Source: Acidobacteriaceae bacterium (GTDB lineage: Bacteria; Acidobacteriota; Terriglobia; Terriglobales; Acidobacteriaceae). From it: 64,000 bases of DNA. Under the pieces are notes generated by a model that was not told the DNA's origin, did not search any database, and was given only the letters and a program-made list of their open reading frames with translations. This document shows positions 56,297 to 64,000 of this stretch, in pieces. Location of the stretch: the NCBI GenBank assembly GCA_965276605.1, contig OZ255619.1, positions 2,258,119-2,322,118 on the forward strand. Reading direction: 5' to 3'. The position numbers and the translations under genes are program-made. Within the stretch, counting starts at the first letter, position 1. Each line of letters opens with the position of its first letter.

Positions 56297-59200
56297 GCCG
56301 CATCTTTACCCGTTGGCAGTCGCTGGGCGCGGGCGCAAGCTGGCCGGCAAGGCTGGGCCGCGCCCTCGTGTATGCCGTGCTGCTGTTTCTCGCCTTTGAG
56401 TGCATCACCATCGATTTCCGCTGGCCGGAGCAGGCCATGCTGGGCATCATCATCATTGCGGTCGCCTACGCGATCCACAAGACTTCCGGCTCTGAGCTGG
56501 TCACGCTCTCGCTCATGTTCGCCTCGGTCAGCGCCACGGCGCGCTACTGCTACTGGCGCTGCGCGACTGTCTCCTCCGCGGTCACCGACCCCGCGCAGCA
56601 CACCGGCCTTATCAACTTCGGCTTCATGCTCCTGCTTCTTTTCGCCGAGCTGTACGCCTTTCTGATCCTTTTTCTCGGTTACATCCAAACCGCCCGGCCG
56701 CTCGGCCGCCGCCCTGCGCCGCTGCCGCGCGTGATCGACGAGTGGCCCGATGTCGACATCGTTATCCCTACCTACAACGAGCCGCTCTCGATCGTGCGCT
56801 CTACCGTCTTTGCCGCCATCAACGTCGACTACCCGCCCGAGAAGCTGCACGTCTACGTCTGCGATGACGGCCGGCGCGCCGAGTTCCGTACCTTCTGCAG
56901 CGAGATCGACATCGGCTACATCGTGCGCAAGGACAACCTGCATGCCAAGGCCGGCAACATCAATCACGCGCTCAAGTCGATGAGCTCGCCCTATGTGGCT
57001 ATCTTCGACTGCGACCACGTGCCCACGCGCAGCTTTCTGCAGATGACGATGGGCTGGTTCTTCCGCGACGGCAGGCTGGGCCTGGTGCAGACGCCGCACT
57101 TCTTCTACTCGCCCGATCCGTTCGAGCGAAACCTCTCTCAGTTCAAGGTGATCCCCAACGAGGGCGAACTCTTCTACGGCGTGCTGCAGGACGGCAATGA
57201 CCTGTGGAACGCGACGTTCTTCTGCGGGTCATGCGCAGTGCTGCGCCGCACCGCGCTCGACGAGGTTGGCGGGATCGCGGTGGAAACTGTAACTGAAGAT
57301 GCGCATACCTCGCTGCGCATGCAGATGCGCGGCTGGAGCACGGCCTACATCAATATTCCGCAGGCCGCGGGCCTGGCTACCGAGAGCCTTTCAAGCCACG
57401 TGGGCCAGCGGGTGCGCTGGGCCCGCGGCATGGTGCAGGTTCTGCGCACTGACAATCCGCTGACCGCGAAGGGGCTCGAGTGGCCGCAGCGGCTGTGCTA
57501 TTTCAACGCGATGATCCATTTCCTCTATGCGGTCCCGCGACTCATTTTTCTGACCGCGCCGCTGGTCTACATGCTGCTGGGGCGCATCAACATTCCCGGC
57601 CAGTGGCTCGCGATCCTCGCCTACGCCATGCCGCATCTCTTCCTGTCGAATGTCGTTAACTTCAGGGTGCAGGGCAAGCACCGCTACTCCTTCTGGAACG
57701 AGGTGTACGAGACGGTCCTGGCGCCGTACATCCTCTTTCCCACGCTGCTCGCGCTCATCAATCCAAAGTTCGGCAAGTTCAATGTGACGGCCAAGGGCGG
57801 CATCGTCAGCAAGAGCTACTTTGACAGGCACATCGCGCGGCCCTATGTCGCACTCATTCTGCTCAACGTGTTCGCGCTGTGCATGGCCCCGGTTCGCTAC
57901 TTCATCTGGGACGCCGGCCACCGCGGCACGGTGCTGATGAACGTTGTCTGGATCCTGTTCAACATGATCATCGTCGGCACGGCGAACGCCACAGCCATCG
58001 AGTCCAAACAGCTGCGCAACAGCGTTCGCATCGATCTGCGCATTCCCATGGAGATCCGCCTGGCCGAGAGCCGCAGCGTCTTCGGCGAGTCGGCGAACCT
58101 GTCGCTCACCGGCGGCGCCATCGCTCTCGAGGAGCCGCTGCCGCTCACGGCCGGCGCGGCCATCACGGTTGTGTTTCCGCTGCGCGGCGGCGAGGTCGCG
58201 CTGCCCGCGGTAGTCGTGCGCTCGCACGCGCTTACGCTCCGGCTCAAGTACGAGGAGCTCAGCATCAAGCAGGAAGAGCTGCTCACGCTGGTGCTCTACT
58301 CCCGCGCCGATACCTGGCTGGCCCGCAGCGAGCAGCGCGTGAAGGACCGGCCGCTGCACAGCTTTTTGCGTCTGCTGCAGCTTTCCGTTCGCGGGGTCGG
58401 TTATGCGTTGACCAGCATGATCCCCAGGAAGCGGTCGGAAGCCCAGCCAAATATTGCGAGCGCCACTGCCTCTGTGCTGTTTGCCGCTTTGCTGCTTGGG
58501 TCGGTGTTTGTAGCCTTTGCAGCACCTGCACGCGCCGCGCAGCCGCTTGCGCCCACACCGGCCGCGCAGTCTGCAGGCGCCTTCCGCTCCAGCTTCACTC
58601 TCAAAGACATCGGGTCGGCGGACGCGGTCCAGTTCCGCGGCATCGAGTCGACGCAGAGTATCCCGTTCGCGCTGCCGCAGACAGAGGTCGTGCAGGGCGC
58701 GAAGCTCAATCTGCATTACGCCTTTTCTTCCGGCCTGCTCGCGCAGCTCAGCCACCTCAACGTGCTGCTCAACGGCGTGCTGGTGGCCACGCTGCCGGTT
58801 CCGCCGCACACCGGCACCGGGCCCCAGCAGGCCCTGCTCACCAGCCTCACGCTGCCCGCGGAACTGCTGGTACGCAACAACGTCCTCAGCTTCCAGTTCA
58901 TCGGCCACTACACGCAGTCCTGTGAGGACCCGAGCAACACTGTCCTGTGGGCGCGCGTCGACAACGATACCGAGCTCGAAGTCACCGGCTCCTATATCGC
59001 GCTCTCCGGCGACCTGAAGCAGCTGCCCCTGCCCTTTTTTGACGGCGCGGTTAGCACCAGCAGCGCCTCCATTCCGTTTGCCTTCGCCGCGCAGCCCGGT
59101 CCTAAAGCCATGCAGGCAGCCGGGGTTCTCTCGTCCTGGTTCGGCGTACGCGCCAAGGCACGGGCGCTCAGCTTCCCGGTTACCGTCGGCGCCGACCTGC

Positions 59201-60741
59201 CCAAGGGCAACATCGTGCTGTTCGCGGAAAACGGGTCGGAGCTGCCCCCTGACCTGGCCGTCGAAGGCAGCGGGCCCAGGCTCGCCGTGCGCACCAACCC
59301 GTCGGACCCCTACGGCAAGTTGCTGATCCTGGCCGGCGATGACGGCGACCAACTGCTGGCCGCCGCACGGAGCCTCGTGCTCGGCAATAACTTGTTGCAG
59401 GGTTCGACCGCCCACATCGCCAACTTTGAGCTGCCGCCTGCGCGCCACGCTGACGACGCGCCGCTCTGGATGAGCACCGAACAGACGACCCCACTGTGGA
59501 ACTACTCCGAGCAGAACGCGCTGCAGAGCGATGGCTCTGGCGCGCTGCGCGCCTACCTGCGGCTGCCGCCGGATCTCTACTTCGGCGACCGGACCACGCT
59601 GCCTCTGCACCTGGACTACCGCTACAACGCGGTCCCGATCGCCAACGGTTCCACTCTCCGCGTCAGCGCCAACGACGGCCTGGTCAACGAGATGCCGCTG
59701 CCCCACCAGAGCGAGCCGGAGCAGCAGCTTGCTAGCACCCTCGCCGTCCCGATGATCGACGTGCGCCCCTTCGCGAACACTCTTTTGTTCAACTTCTACT
59801 TCCAGATCGCGAAGAAGGGCTACTGCCAGGACACGCCGCCGATCAATCTTCTGGGCGCCATCCTGCGCAGCTCCTATGTGGATATCAGCGGGCTCCACCA
59901 CTGGGCCGCGATGCCCAACCTGGAGCTGTTCTCGAATGCCGGCTTCCCGTTCACCCGCTTCGCCGATCTCTCGCAGACCATGGTCGTGCTGCCGCCGACG
60001 CCTTCCGCTCAGGAGATTTCGCTGTACCTCAACCTGCTGGCCTACTTCGGCGAGCAGACCGGCTACCCGGCGCTGCGCGTCTCGGTCGGCGACGCGGGCC
60101 AGCTTGGCGGGGACCTCGATACCCTCGTTCTGGGCACGCCGGCGGACCAGCCCGCTTTCGAGAAGCTCAACGCAGCGCTCCCGGTCGCGATCAGTCAGGA
60201 CGGCTTCACGATCCGCGAAACCGGCAACTTCTATGCCACGCTCCGCCATGCCTGGTGGCAGATCGCCCAGCTGCACACGCGCTGGATGTGGAAGGCGGCC
60301 CACGGGCCCGACCGCAATGGCCTGGTCGCCGAGCTGGGCGAGATTCCGGAGGCGTTGATCGAGGGCGTCCAGTCTCCCTGGGCCAGCAGCCGCTCCATCG
60401 TCACCATCACGCTCAGGAACAACGATGCGGCCAACGCTTTCACCGCCCCGTTCCTGGCCGCCTCCACATCCAGCGCCATCGCCGAGTCGGTGAGCGTGCT
60501 GCACGGCAGCGACTTCAGCTCCTACCGGCTCGACGACAGCTTTTACCGCGTCGGTAGCCTCCCCTGGTACGCGTGGGTCCGATACAGCCTGAATGAGTTT
60601 CCCTGGCTGATCGTGCTGTTCACGTTCGTGCTGGGGTTGTTTGTGGTGCCGTGGATTCGCGCGCGGCTCGACCAGCGCTCGAAGGTGCGCCTGGGAACAA
60701 ATCCGGTAACAACCCGGGAAACCAATCTGGAGGCGCGCTGA
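56293..60741 (+). CDS. bcsA: cellulose synthase catalytic subunit fused to the BcsB periplasmic subunit
   Basis: GTG 56293 overlaps the bcsQ stop (GTGA). GT2 motifs VIPTYNEP, YVCDDG, FDCDH, TEDAHT, FFCGS, QRVRWARG. PilZ motifs RNSVR and NLSLTGG. It continues without a stop into a ~750-aa BcsB-like region and a C-terminal TM. Confidence 0.92.
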   Translation: MSRIFTRWQSLGAGASWPARLGRALVYAVLLFLAFECITIDFRWPEQAMLGIIIIAVAYAIHKTSGSELVTLSLMFASVSATARYCYWRCATVSSAVTDPAQHTGLINFGFMLLLLFAELYAFLILFLGYIQTARPLGRRPAPLPRVIDEWPDVDIVIPTYNEPLSIVRSTVFAAINVDYPPEKLHVYVCDDGRRAEFRTFCSEIDIGYIVRKDNLHAKAGNINHALKSMSSPYVAIFDCDHVPTRSFLQMTMGWFFRDGRLGLVQTPHFFYSPDPFERNLSQFKVIPNEGELFYGVLQDGNDLWNATFFCGSCAVLRRTALDEVGGIAVETVTEDAHTSLRMQMRGWSTAYINIPQAAGLATESLSSHVGQRVRWARGMVQVLRTDNPLTAKGLEWPQRLCYFNAMIHFLYAVPRLIFLTAPLVYMLLGRINIPGQWLAILAYAMPHLFLSNVVNFRVQGKHRYSFWNEVYETVLAPYILFPTLLALINPKFGKFNVTAKGGIVSKSYFDRHIARPYVALILLNVFALCMAPVRYFIWDAGHRGTVLMNVVWILFNMIIVGTANATAIESKQLRNSVRIDLRIPMEIRLAESRSVFGESANLSLTGGAIALEEPLPLTAGAAITVVFPLRGGEVALPAVVVRSHALTLRLKYEELSIKQEELLTLVLYSRADTWLARSEQRVKDRPLHSFLRLLQLSVRGVGYALTSMIPRKRSEAQPNIASATASVLFAALLLGSVFVAFAAPARAAQPLAPTPAAQSAGAFRSSFTLKDIGSADAVQFRGIESTQSIPFALPQTEVVQGAKLNLHYAFSSGLLAQLSHLNVLLNGVLVATLPVPPHTGTGPQQALLTSLTLPAELLVRNNVLSFQFIGHYTQSCEDPSNTVLWARVDNDTELEVTGSYIALSGDLKQLPLPFFDGAVSTSSASIPFAFAAQPGPKAMQAAGVLSSWFGVRAKARALSFPVTVGADLPKGNIVLFAENGSELPPDLAVEGSGPRLAVRTNPSDPYGKLLILAGDDGDQLLAAARSLVLGNNLLQGSTAHIANFELPPARHADDAPLWMSTEQTTPLWNYSEQNALQSDGSGALRAYLRLPPDLYFGDRTTLPLHLDYRYNAVPIANGSTLRVSANDGLVNEMPLPHQSEPEQQLASTLAVPMIDVRPFANTLLFNFYFQIAKKGYCQDTPPINLLGAILRSSYVDISGLHHWAAMPNLELFSNAGFPFTRFADLSQTMVVLPPTPSAQEISLYLNLLAYFGEQTGYPALRVSVGDAGQLGGDLDTLVLGTPADQPAFEKLNAALPVAISQDGFTIRETGNFYATLRHAWWQIAQLHTRWMWKAAHGPDRNGLVAELGEIPEALIEGVQSPWASSRSIVTITLRNNDAANAFTAPFLAASTSSAIAESVSVLHGSDFSSYRLDDSFYRVGSLPWYAWVRYSLNEFPWLIVLFTFVLGLFVVPWIRARLDQRSKVRLGTNPVTTRETNLEAR

Positions 60742-61901
60742 TGAAGCTCTTTCTGCGCGGCCTCGCCTCGCTGCTGCTTCTGCAGGTGCTCGCTGCTGGG
60801 GCGCTGCTCGCTGCGCCGGCGGGGACTGCGGCGCCCTGGGCGTTCTGGGAGCGTTATGCTTCCCGCTTTATCTCCGCCGACGGCCGCGTCGCCGACCCTG
60901 ACCGCGGCGCAATGACGACCTCGGAGGGCCAGAGCTATGCCATGTTCTTCGCGCTCGTCGCGAATGATCCGGCCATGTTTGAGCGGCTGCGCAGCTGGAC
61001 CGAGACGAATCTCGCCAAAGGCGACCTCGGCGCCAACCTCCCGGCGTGGAGCTGGGGCCAGACGGGCACAGGCGAGTGGAACGTGCTCGACCCCAACTCG
61101 GCCTCGGACGCAGACCTGTGGCTGGCCTACGACCTCATCGAGGCTGGCTCCCTCTGGAGCCACTCGGGATACAGCCGCCAGGGCAGTACGCTGCTGCGCC
61201 AGATCGCGCTGAATGAAGTGGCGATTGTGCCGGAGCTTGGCCCGGTTCTGCTGCCCGCGCGAGCAGGCTTTCACAGCTCCCCCGGCATCTGGCTGCTCAA
61301 CCCCAGCTACATGCCGCCGCCGCTCTTCAACGCCGCCGCGCACACCGACCCTTCCGGCCCCTGGAAGCGGATGGCGCAGACGCTGCCCGGCCTGCTGAAG
61401 CAGTCCCGCTCGGGCGGCTACGCGATGGACTGGGTGAGCTACTCGGCGGAATCCGGCTTTGTGGCGGCCTCCGGCCCCGGGGACGCGCCCCGGCCGCCCC
61501 AGGGCAGCTACGACGCCATCCGCGTCTATCTCTGGATCGGCATCGGCTCCCCGCAGAACGCCGCACGCGCCGCCCTGATGCAGGCGTTTGCCCCCATGAG
61601 CGTCTACCTGCGCGCCCACCCCCTTCCGCCCGAGTCCATCGCGCCCGACGGCACGGCCAGCGGCATTGGGCCGCTCGGCTTTTCAGCGGCGCTCACCCCT
61701 TTCCTGTGGAGTTCGCACCAGAGTCTGCTCGCCGCCGAACAGCAGCGCCGCACCCAGGGCGGCTTCGATCCCGCGACCGGCCTGCTCGGCTCGCCGGCAC
61801 GCTACTACGACCAGAACCTGGCGCTGTTCAGCACGGCATGGCTGGAAAAACGCTTCAGCTTCGGTGCGGACGGAATGTTGAGGGTCCCGTGGAAAAACTG
61901 A
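60741..61901 (+). CDS. bcsZ: endo-1,4-beta-glucanase (GH8), BcsZ
   Basis: ATG overlaps the upstream TGA (TGATG). Signal peptide. TTSEGQSYAMFFALVANDPAMFERLRSWTETNLA is typical of GH8. Confidence 0.9.
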   Translation: MKLFLRGLASLLLLQVLAAGALLAAPAGTAAPWAFWERYASRFISADGRVADPDRGAMTTSEGQSYAMFFALVANDPAMFERLRSWTETNLAKGDLGANLPAWSWGQTGTGEWNVLDPNSASDADLWLAYDLIEAGSLWSHSGYSRQGSTLLRQIALNEVAIVPELGPVLLPARAGFHSSPGIWLLNPSYMPPPLFNAAAHTDPSGPWKRMAQTLPGLLKQSRSGGYAMDWVSYSAESGFVAASGPGDAPRPPQGSYDAIRVYLWIGIGSPQNAARAALMQAFAPMSVYLRAHPLPPESIAPDGTASGIGPLGFSAALTPFLWSSHQSLLAAEQQRRTQGGFDPATGLLGSPARYYDQNLALFSTAWLEKRFSFGADGMLRVPWKN

Positions 61902-64000
61902 ACCGCGACAAAATCAATCGCCTGCTGCTCCAGACCGTGCTGCTGACCGCCTGCCTGCCCGGGGTCGCGCCGCTTGCCCGGGCCGACTCCGGCTCGCCCG
62001 CCGTGCAGGCCCTGCTGGCTAAAGCCAAGACCCTCGCGGCCCACGGGCATGCCGATCTTGCCGTCCAGATCTGGCAGCAGGTCCTGCTTTCTGACCCGGC
62101 CAATCGAGAGGCGCTCAACGGGATCGCCAAGGCCGATATGCAGCTGGGCAAGGGCGAAGAAGCGAGGAGCTACCTGGACCGGCTCAAGAACCTGCCCGGC
62201 GCGGAAGAGGATGTGAAATCGATTGAGGCGATGCCGCGGGTCCAGGACAGCTCTGTGCGCCTGGCCGAAGCCGGCCGACTGGCGCGCGCGGGCAATTACG
62301 AGGGAGCCATCCGGATCTACCGCGACCTGTATGGCAATGAGCCGCCGGCGGGAAACATCGCGCTTGCCTACTACGACACCGAGGCCGCTCTGCCCGCCTA
62401 TCGCAAGGATGCCGTGGACGGGCTGCGCCGGCTCTCCCAGCAGTTCCCGGCCAACTCGCGCTACTCCGTCACGCTGGGCCGCATTCTCACCTACGACGCA
62501 AAGACCCGGCCCGAGGGTATGGCGCTGCTCTCCCAGTACAGCCAGTCGACCGAGGCCCGCGATGCCCTGCGGCAGGCCCAGCAGTGGAACACCGCCGGCA
62601 TTCCCGCGCCGCAGCCGTCTTCGGTCGCGAACGCGGGGCCAACGCCCGCTCCGGTGCCGCATGCCGATACCTCGCACGACGGAGCCGGCTATCGCGCCCT
62701 CAACGCCAACCGCCTTGATGAGGCCGAGCACCAGTTCCGCGCCGCTCTCGCCGCGTCTCCGCACGATGCGCAGGCGCTGAGCGGGCTGGGCTACGTCCGC
62801 ATGCGGCAGCGCAGCTTTCCTGAGGCGGTCGACCTGCTGGAGCAGGCGCACCAGGCCGGCGCCACCGGCAAGGGCCTGGACGACGCGCTTTCTCTCTCAC
62901 GCTTCTGGCAGACCATGGGCCGCGCCGCAGACGAGCAGAAGGCAGTGAACCTGAACGAGGCGCTCGCCGACTATCGCCGCGCCCAGCAACTGCGCCCGGC
63001 CAGCCCGGAAGCAGCCGAAGGCGTGGCCGGCGTGCTGATGCAGACCGGCAGCACTGCAGAGGCCGCTTCCATTTATCAACAGGAGACAAAAACATCGCCC
63101 AGCCGCACCGCTCCCTGGCGCGGACTAATCCTGGCCCAGGTGCAGAGCGGCGACATGCAGGCTGCCGTCGCGACCGCGTCCCGGGTGCCACGTGAGCCGC
63201 GCGCTGCGCTGCAGAACGACCCGGCTTATCTCAGCGCACTGGCCCAGGCAACGCTCGCCACCGGCCGCAGGGCGGAGGCTGATAGCATCCTCGCCCATGC
63301 GCTTGCGCTGCCGTTTCCCAACCACGGTCGCGACCTGCCGCTCGACCAGCAGATGCAGTACGCGGAGTTGCTCATCTCGGCCGAGCGCTACGAGGCAGCC
63401 CTCTCGCTCTATCGGCAGATCCTGGCCCAGGAGCCGGAGAATGCCGGCGCGTGGCTCGCGCTCATCTCCGCCGAGCACCGGCTGCACCGCGACGATGAAG
63501 CGTTGCTCATGGTCGGACGGATGCCTGCGTCTGTCCTCGAGGAGTCGGAAAAGCGCAGCGACTTTCTCTCCCTGCTCGGCTCGGTTTATCAAAGCCAGGG
63601 CGATACGGCGCGCGCACAGCAGTATCTGGAGCGCGCCGTCACTCTGTCGGGAGGCTACCGGCCCGATTTGCTTATGCAGCTGGCCTCCATCTATGACCAG
63701 CTCGGCGACCAGCCCGGCGAGCAGCAGAAGGCTTACACCATCTACCAGCACGAGCTGGACCGCAACCCCGGCAGCATGGCTGCCTGGTCCGGACTGCTCA
63801 ACACACTCCACCTTCAGCACCGCGACCGCGAAGCAGCCTCAAGGCTTGCGGCCATTCCGGAAGACACCCGCCTGCGTCTCGACGAGGATCCCGCCTTCCT
63901 GCAGGTTTCCGCGTCCATTGAGGCTCAGTCCGGCAACACCCAGCAGGCTGTGCGCACCTTCGACCACCTGGCCCGGCTGTACGCGGACCAGCAGCAAGCG
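61889..64000 (+). CDS. bcsC: cellulose synthase operon protein C (TPR + OM barrel), N-terminal part, runs off the right edge
   Basis: The frame is open from GTG 61889 (13-nt overlap with bcsZ) to base 64000, so it is absent from the ORF track. Signal ...APLARADS, then TPR-like repeats (ALLAKAKTLAAHGHADLAVQIWQQVLLSDPANREALNGIAKADMQLGK...). Confidence 0.85.
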   Translation, partial: MEKLNRDKINRLLLQTVLLTACLPGVAPLARADSGSPAVQALLAKAKTLAAHGHADLAVQIWQQVLLSDPANREALNGIAKADMQLGKGEEARSYLDRLKNLPGAEEDVKSIEAMPRVQDSSVRLAEAGRLARAGNYEGAIRIYRDLYGNEPPAGNIALAYYDTEAALPAYRKDAVDGLRRLSQQFPANSRYSVTLGRILTYDAKTRPEGMALLSQYSQSTEARDALRQAQQWNTAGIPAPQPSSVANAGPTPAPVPHADTSHDGAGYRALNANRLDEAEHQFRAALAASPHDAQALSGLGYVRMRQRSFPEAVDLLEQAHQAGATGKGLDDALSLSRFWQTMGRAADEQKAVNLNEALADYRRAQQLRPASPEAAEGVAGVLMQTGSTAEAASIYQQETKTSPSRTAPWRGLILAQVQSGDMQAAVATASRVPREPRAALQNDPAYLSALAQATLATGRRAEADSILAHALALPFPNHGRDLPLDQQMQYAELLISAERYEAALSLYRQILAQEPENAGAWLALISAEHRLHRDDEALLMVGRMPASVLEESEKRSDFLSLLGSVYQSQGDTARAQQYLERAVTLSGGYRPDLLMQLASIYDQLGDQPGEQQKAYTIYQHELDRNPGSMAAWSGLLNTLHLQHRDREAASRLAAIPEDTRLRLDEDPAFLQVSASIEAQSGNTQQAVRTFDHLARLYADQQQA

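Noticed and set aside
57391-60504. 1037-aa minus-strand ORF antisense to the cellulose synthase gene. Similar long antisense or out-of-frame ORFs occur at 87..1199, 2324..4261, 8180..9436, 18481..19971, 23025..24293, 24930..26708, 33084..34142, 52899..54269 and 61805..62851.
   Set aside because: Each lies opposite or out of frame to a gene with unmistakable family motifs. Their translations are Arg/Ala/Gly/Pro-rich low-complexity text, typical of stop-poor alternative frames in GC-rich DNA. None shows a recognisable domain.

Overview
GC-rich chromosomal window whose content suggests an Acidobacteria (Terriglobia-type) diderm. This is an inference from a PadR + ADOP-type duplicated FtsX permease pair, a CarboxypepD_reg-type receptor fragment, a proline-rich TonB, many beta-barrel OMPs and a bcs operon. 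No search was run.

Most of the window is core metabolism and housekeeping:
- An SRP RNA not visible in the ORF track, then fabH, a DedA/YqaA-type protein, mqnA, a DUF2237 gene, uppP and a class-A beta-lactamase-like gene.
- dprA and topA, bracketed by two inverted ParDE-like toxin-antitoxin pairs.
- An orphan sensor kinase with a cNMP-binding-like N-terminus.
- An eight-gene minus-strand operon leuA-leuB-leuC-leuD-ilvD-ilvB-ilvN-ilvC, with a divergent LysR regulator.
- OMPs, TonB, galE, an OFA-type MFS transporter, aspA, a YpdA-type reductase and an ABC-2 exporter.
- A GT39 glycosyltransferase and a cellulose operon bcsQ, bcsA-bcsB fusion, bcsZ, bcsC (bcsC runs off the right edge).

Best candidate for something undescribed: 37.0-41.3 kb, just past a decayed IS481-family element. 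A sortase gene lies 11 nt downstream of a single small secreted protein that ends in a complete LPHTA + hydrophobic + basic sorting signal. Two colinear DUF481-like outer-membrane paralogs bracket the pair. I read this as a dedicated sortase system in a diderm, with different parts from the proteobacterial Pds system.

Other signals worth a second look:
- A ~115-bp structured repeat family (three copies). Each starts at CTAG and supplies the TAG stop of the upstream gene, and the copies have covarying outer stems around a conserved core hairpin.
- An 86-bp duplicate of the DUF2237 3' end downstream of uppP. It differs from the live copy at 8 positions, all synonymous, which points to a recombination scar.
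- A second interspersed repeat family, with copies inside the leu operon spacers and a 32-nt inverted pair in the aspA/ypdA divergent region.
- A frameshifted ADOP permease.
- A LeuA that appears to lack the C-terminal regulatory domain.

Limits: all calls come from reading the translations and sequence by eye. Start codons are often uncertain, and no database search was possible.
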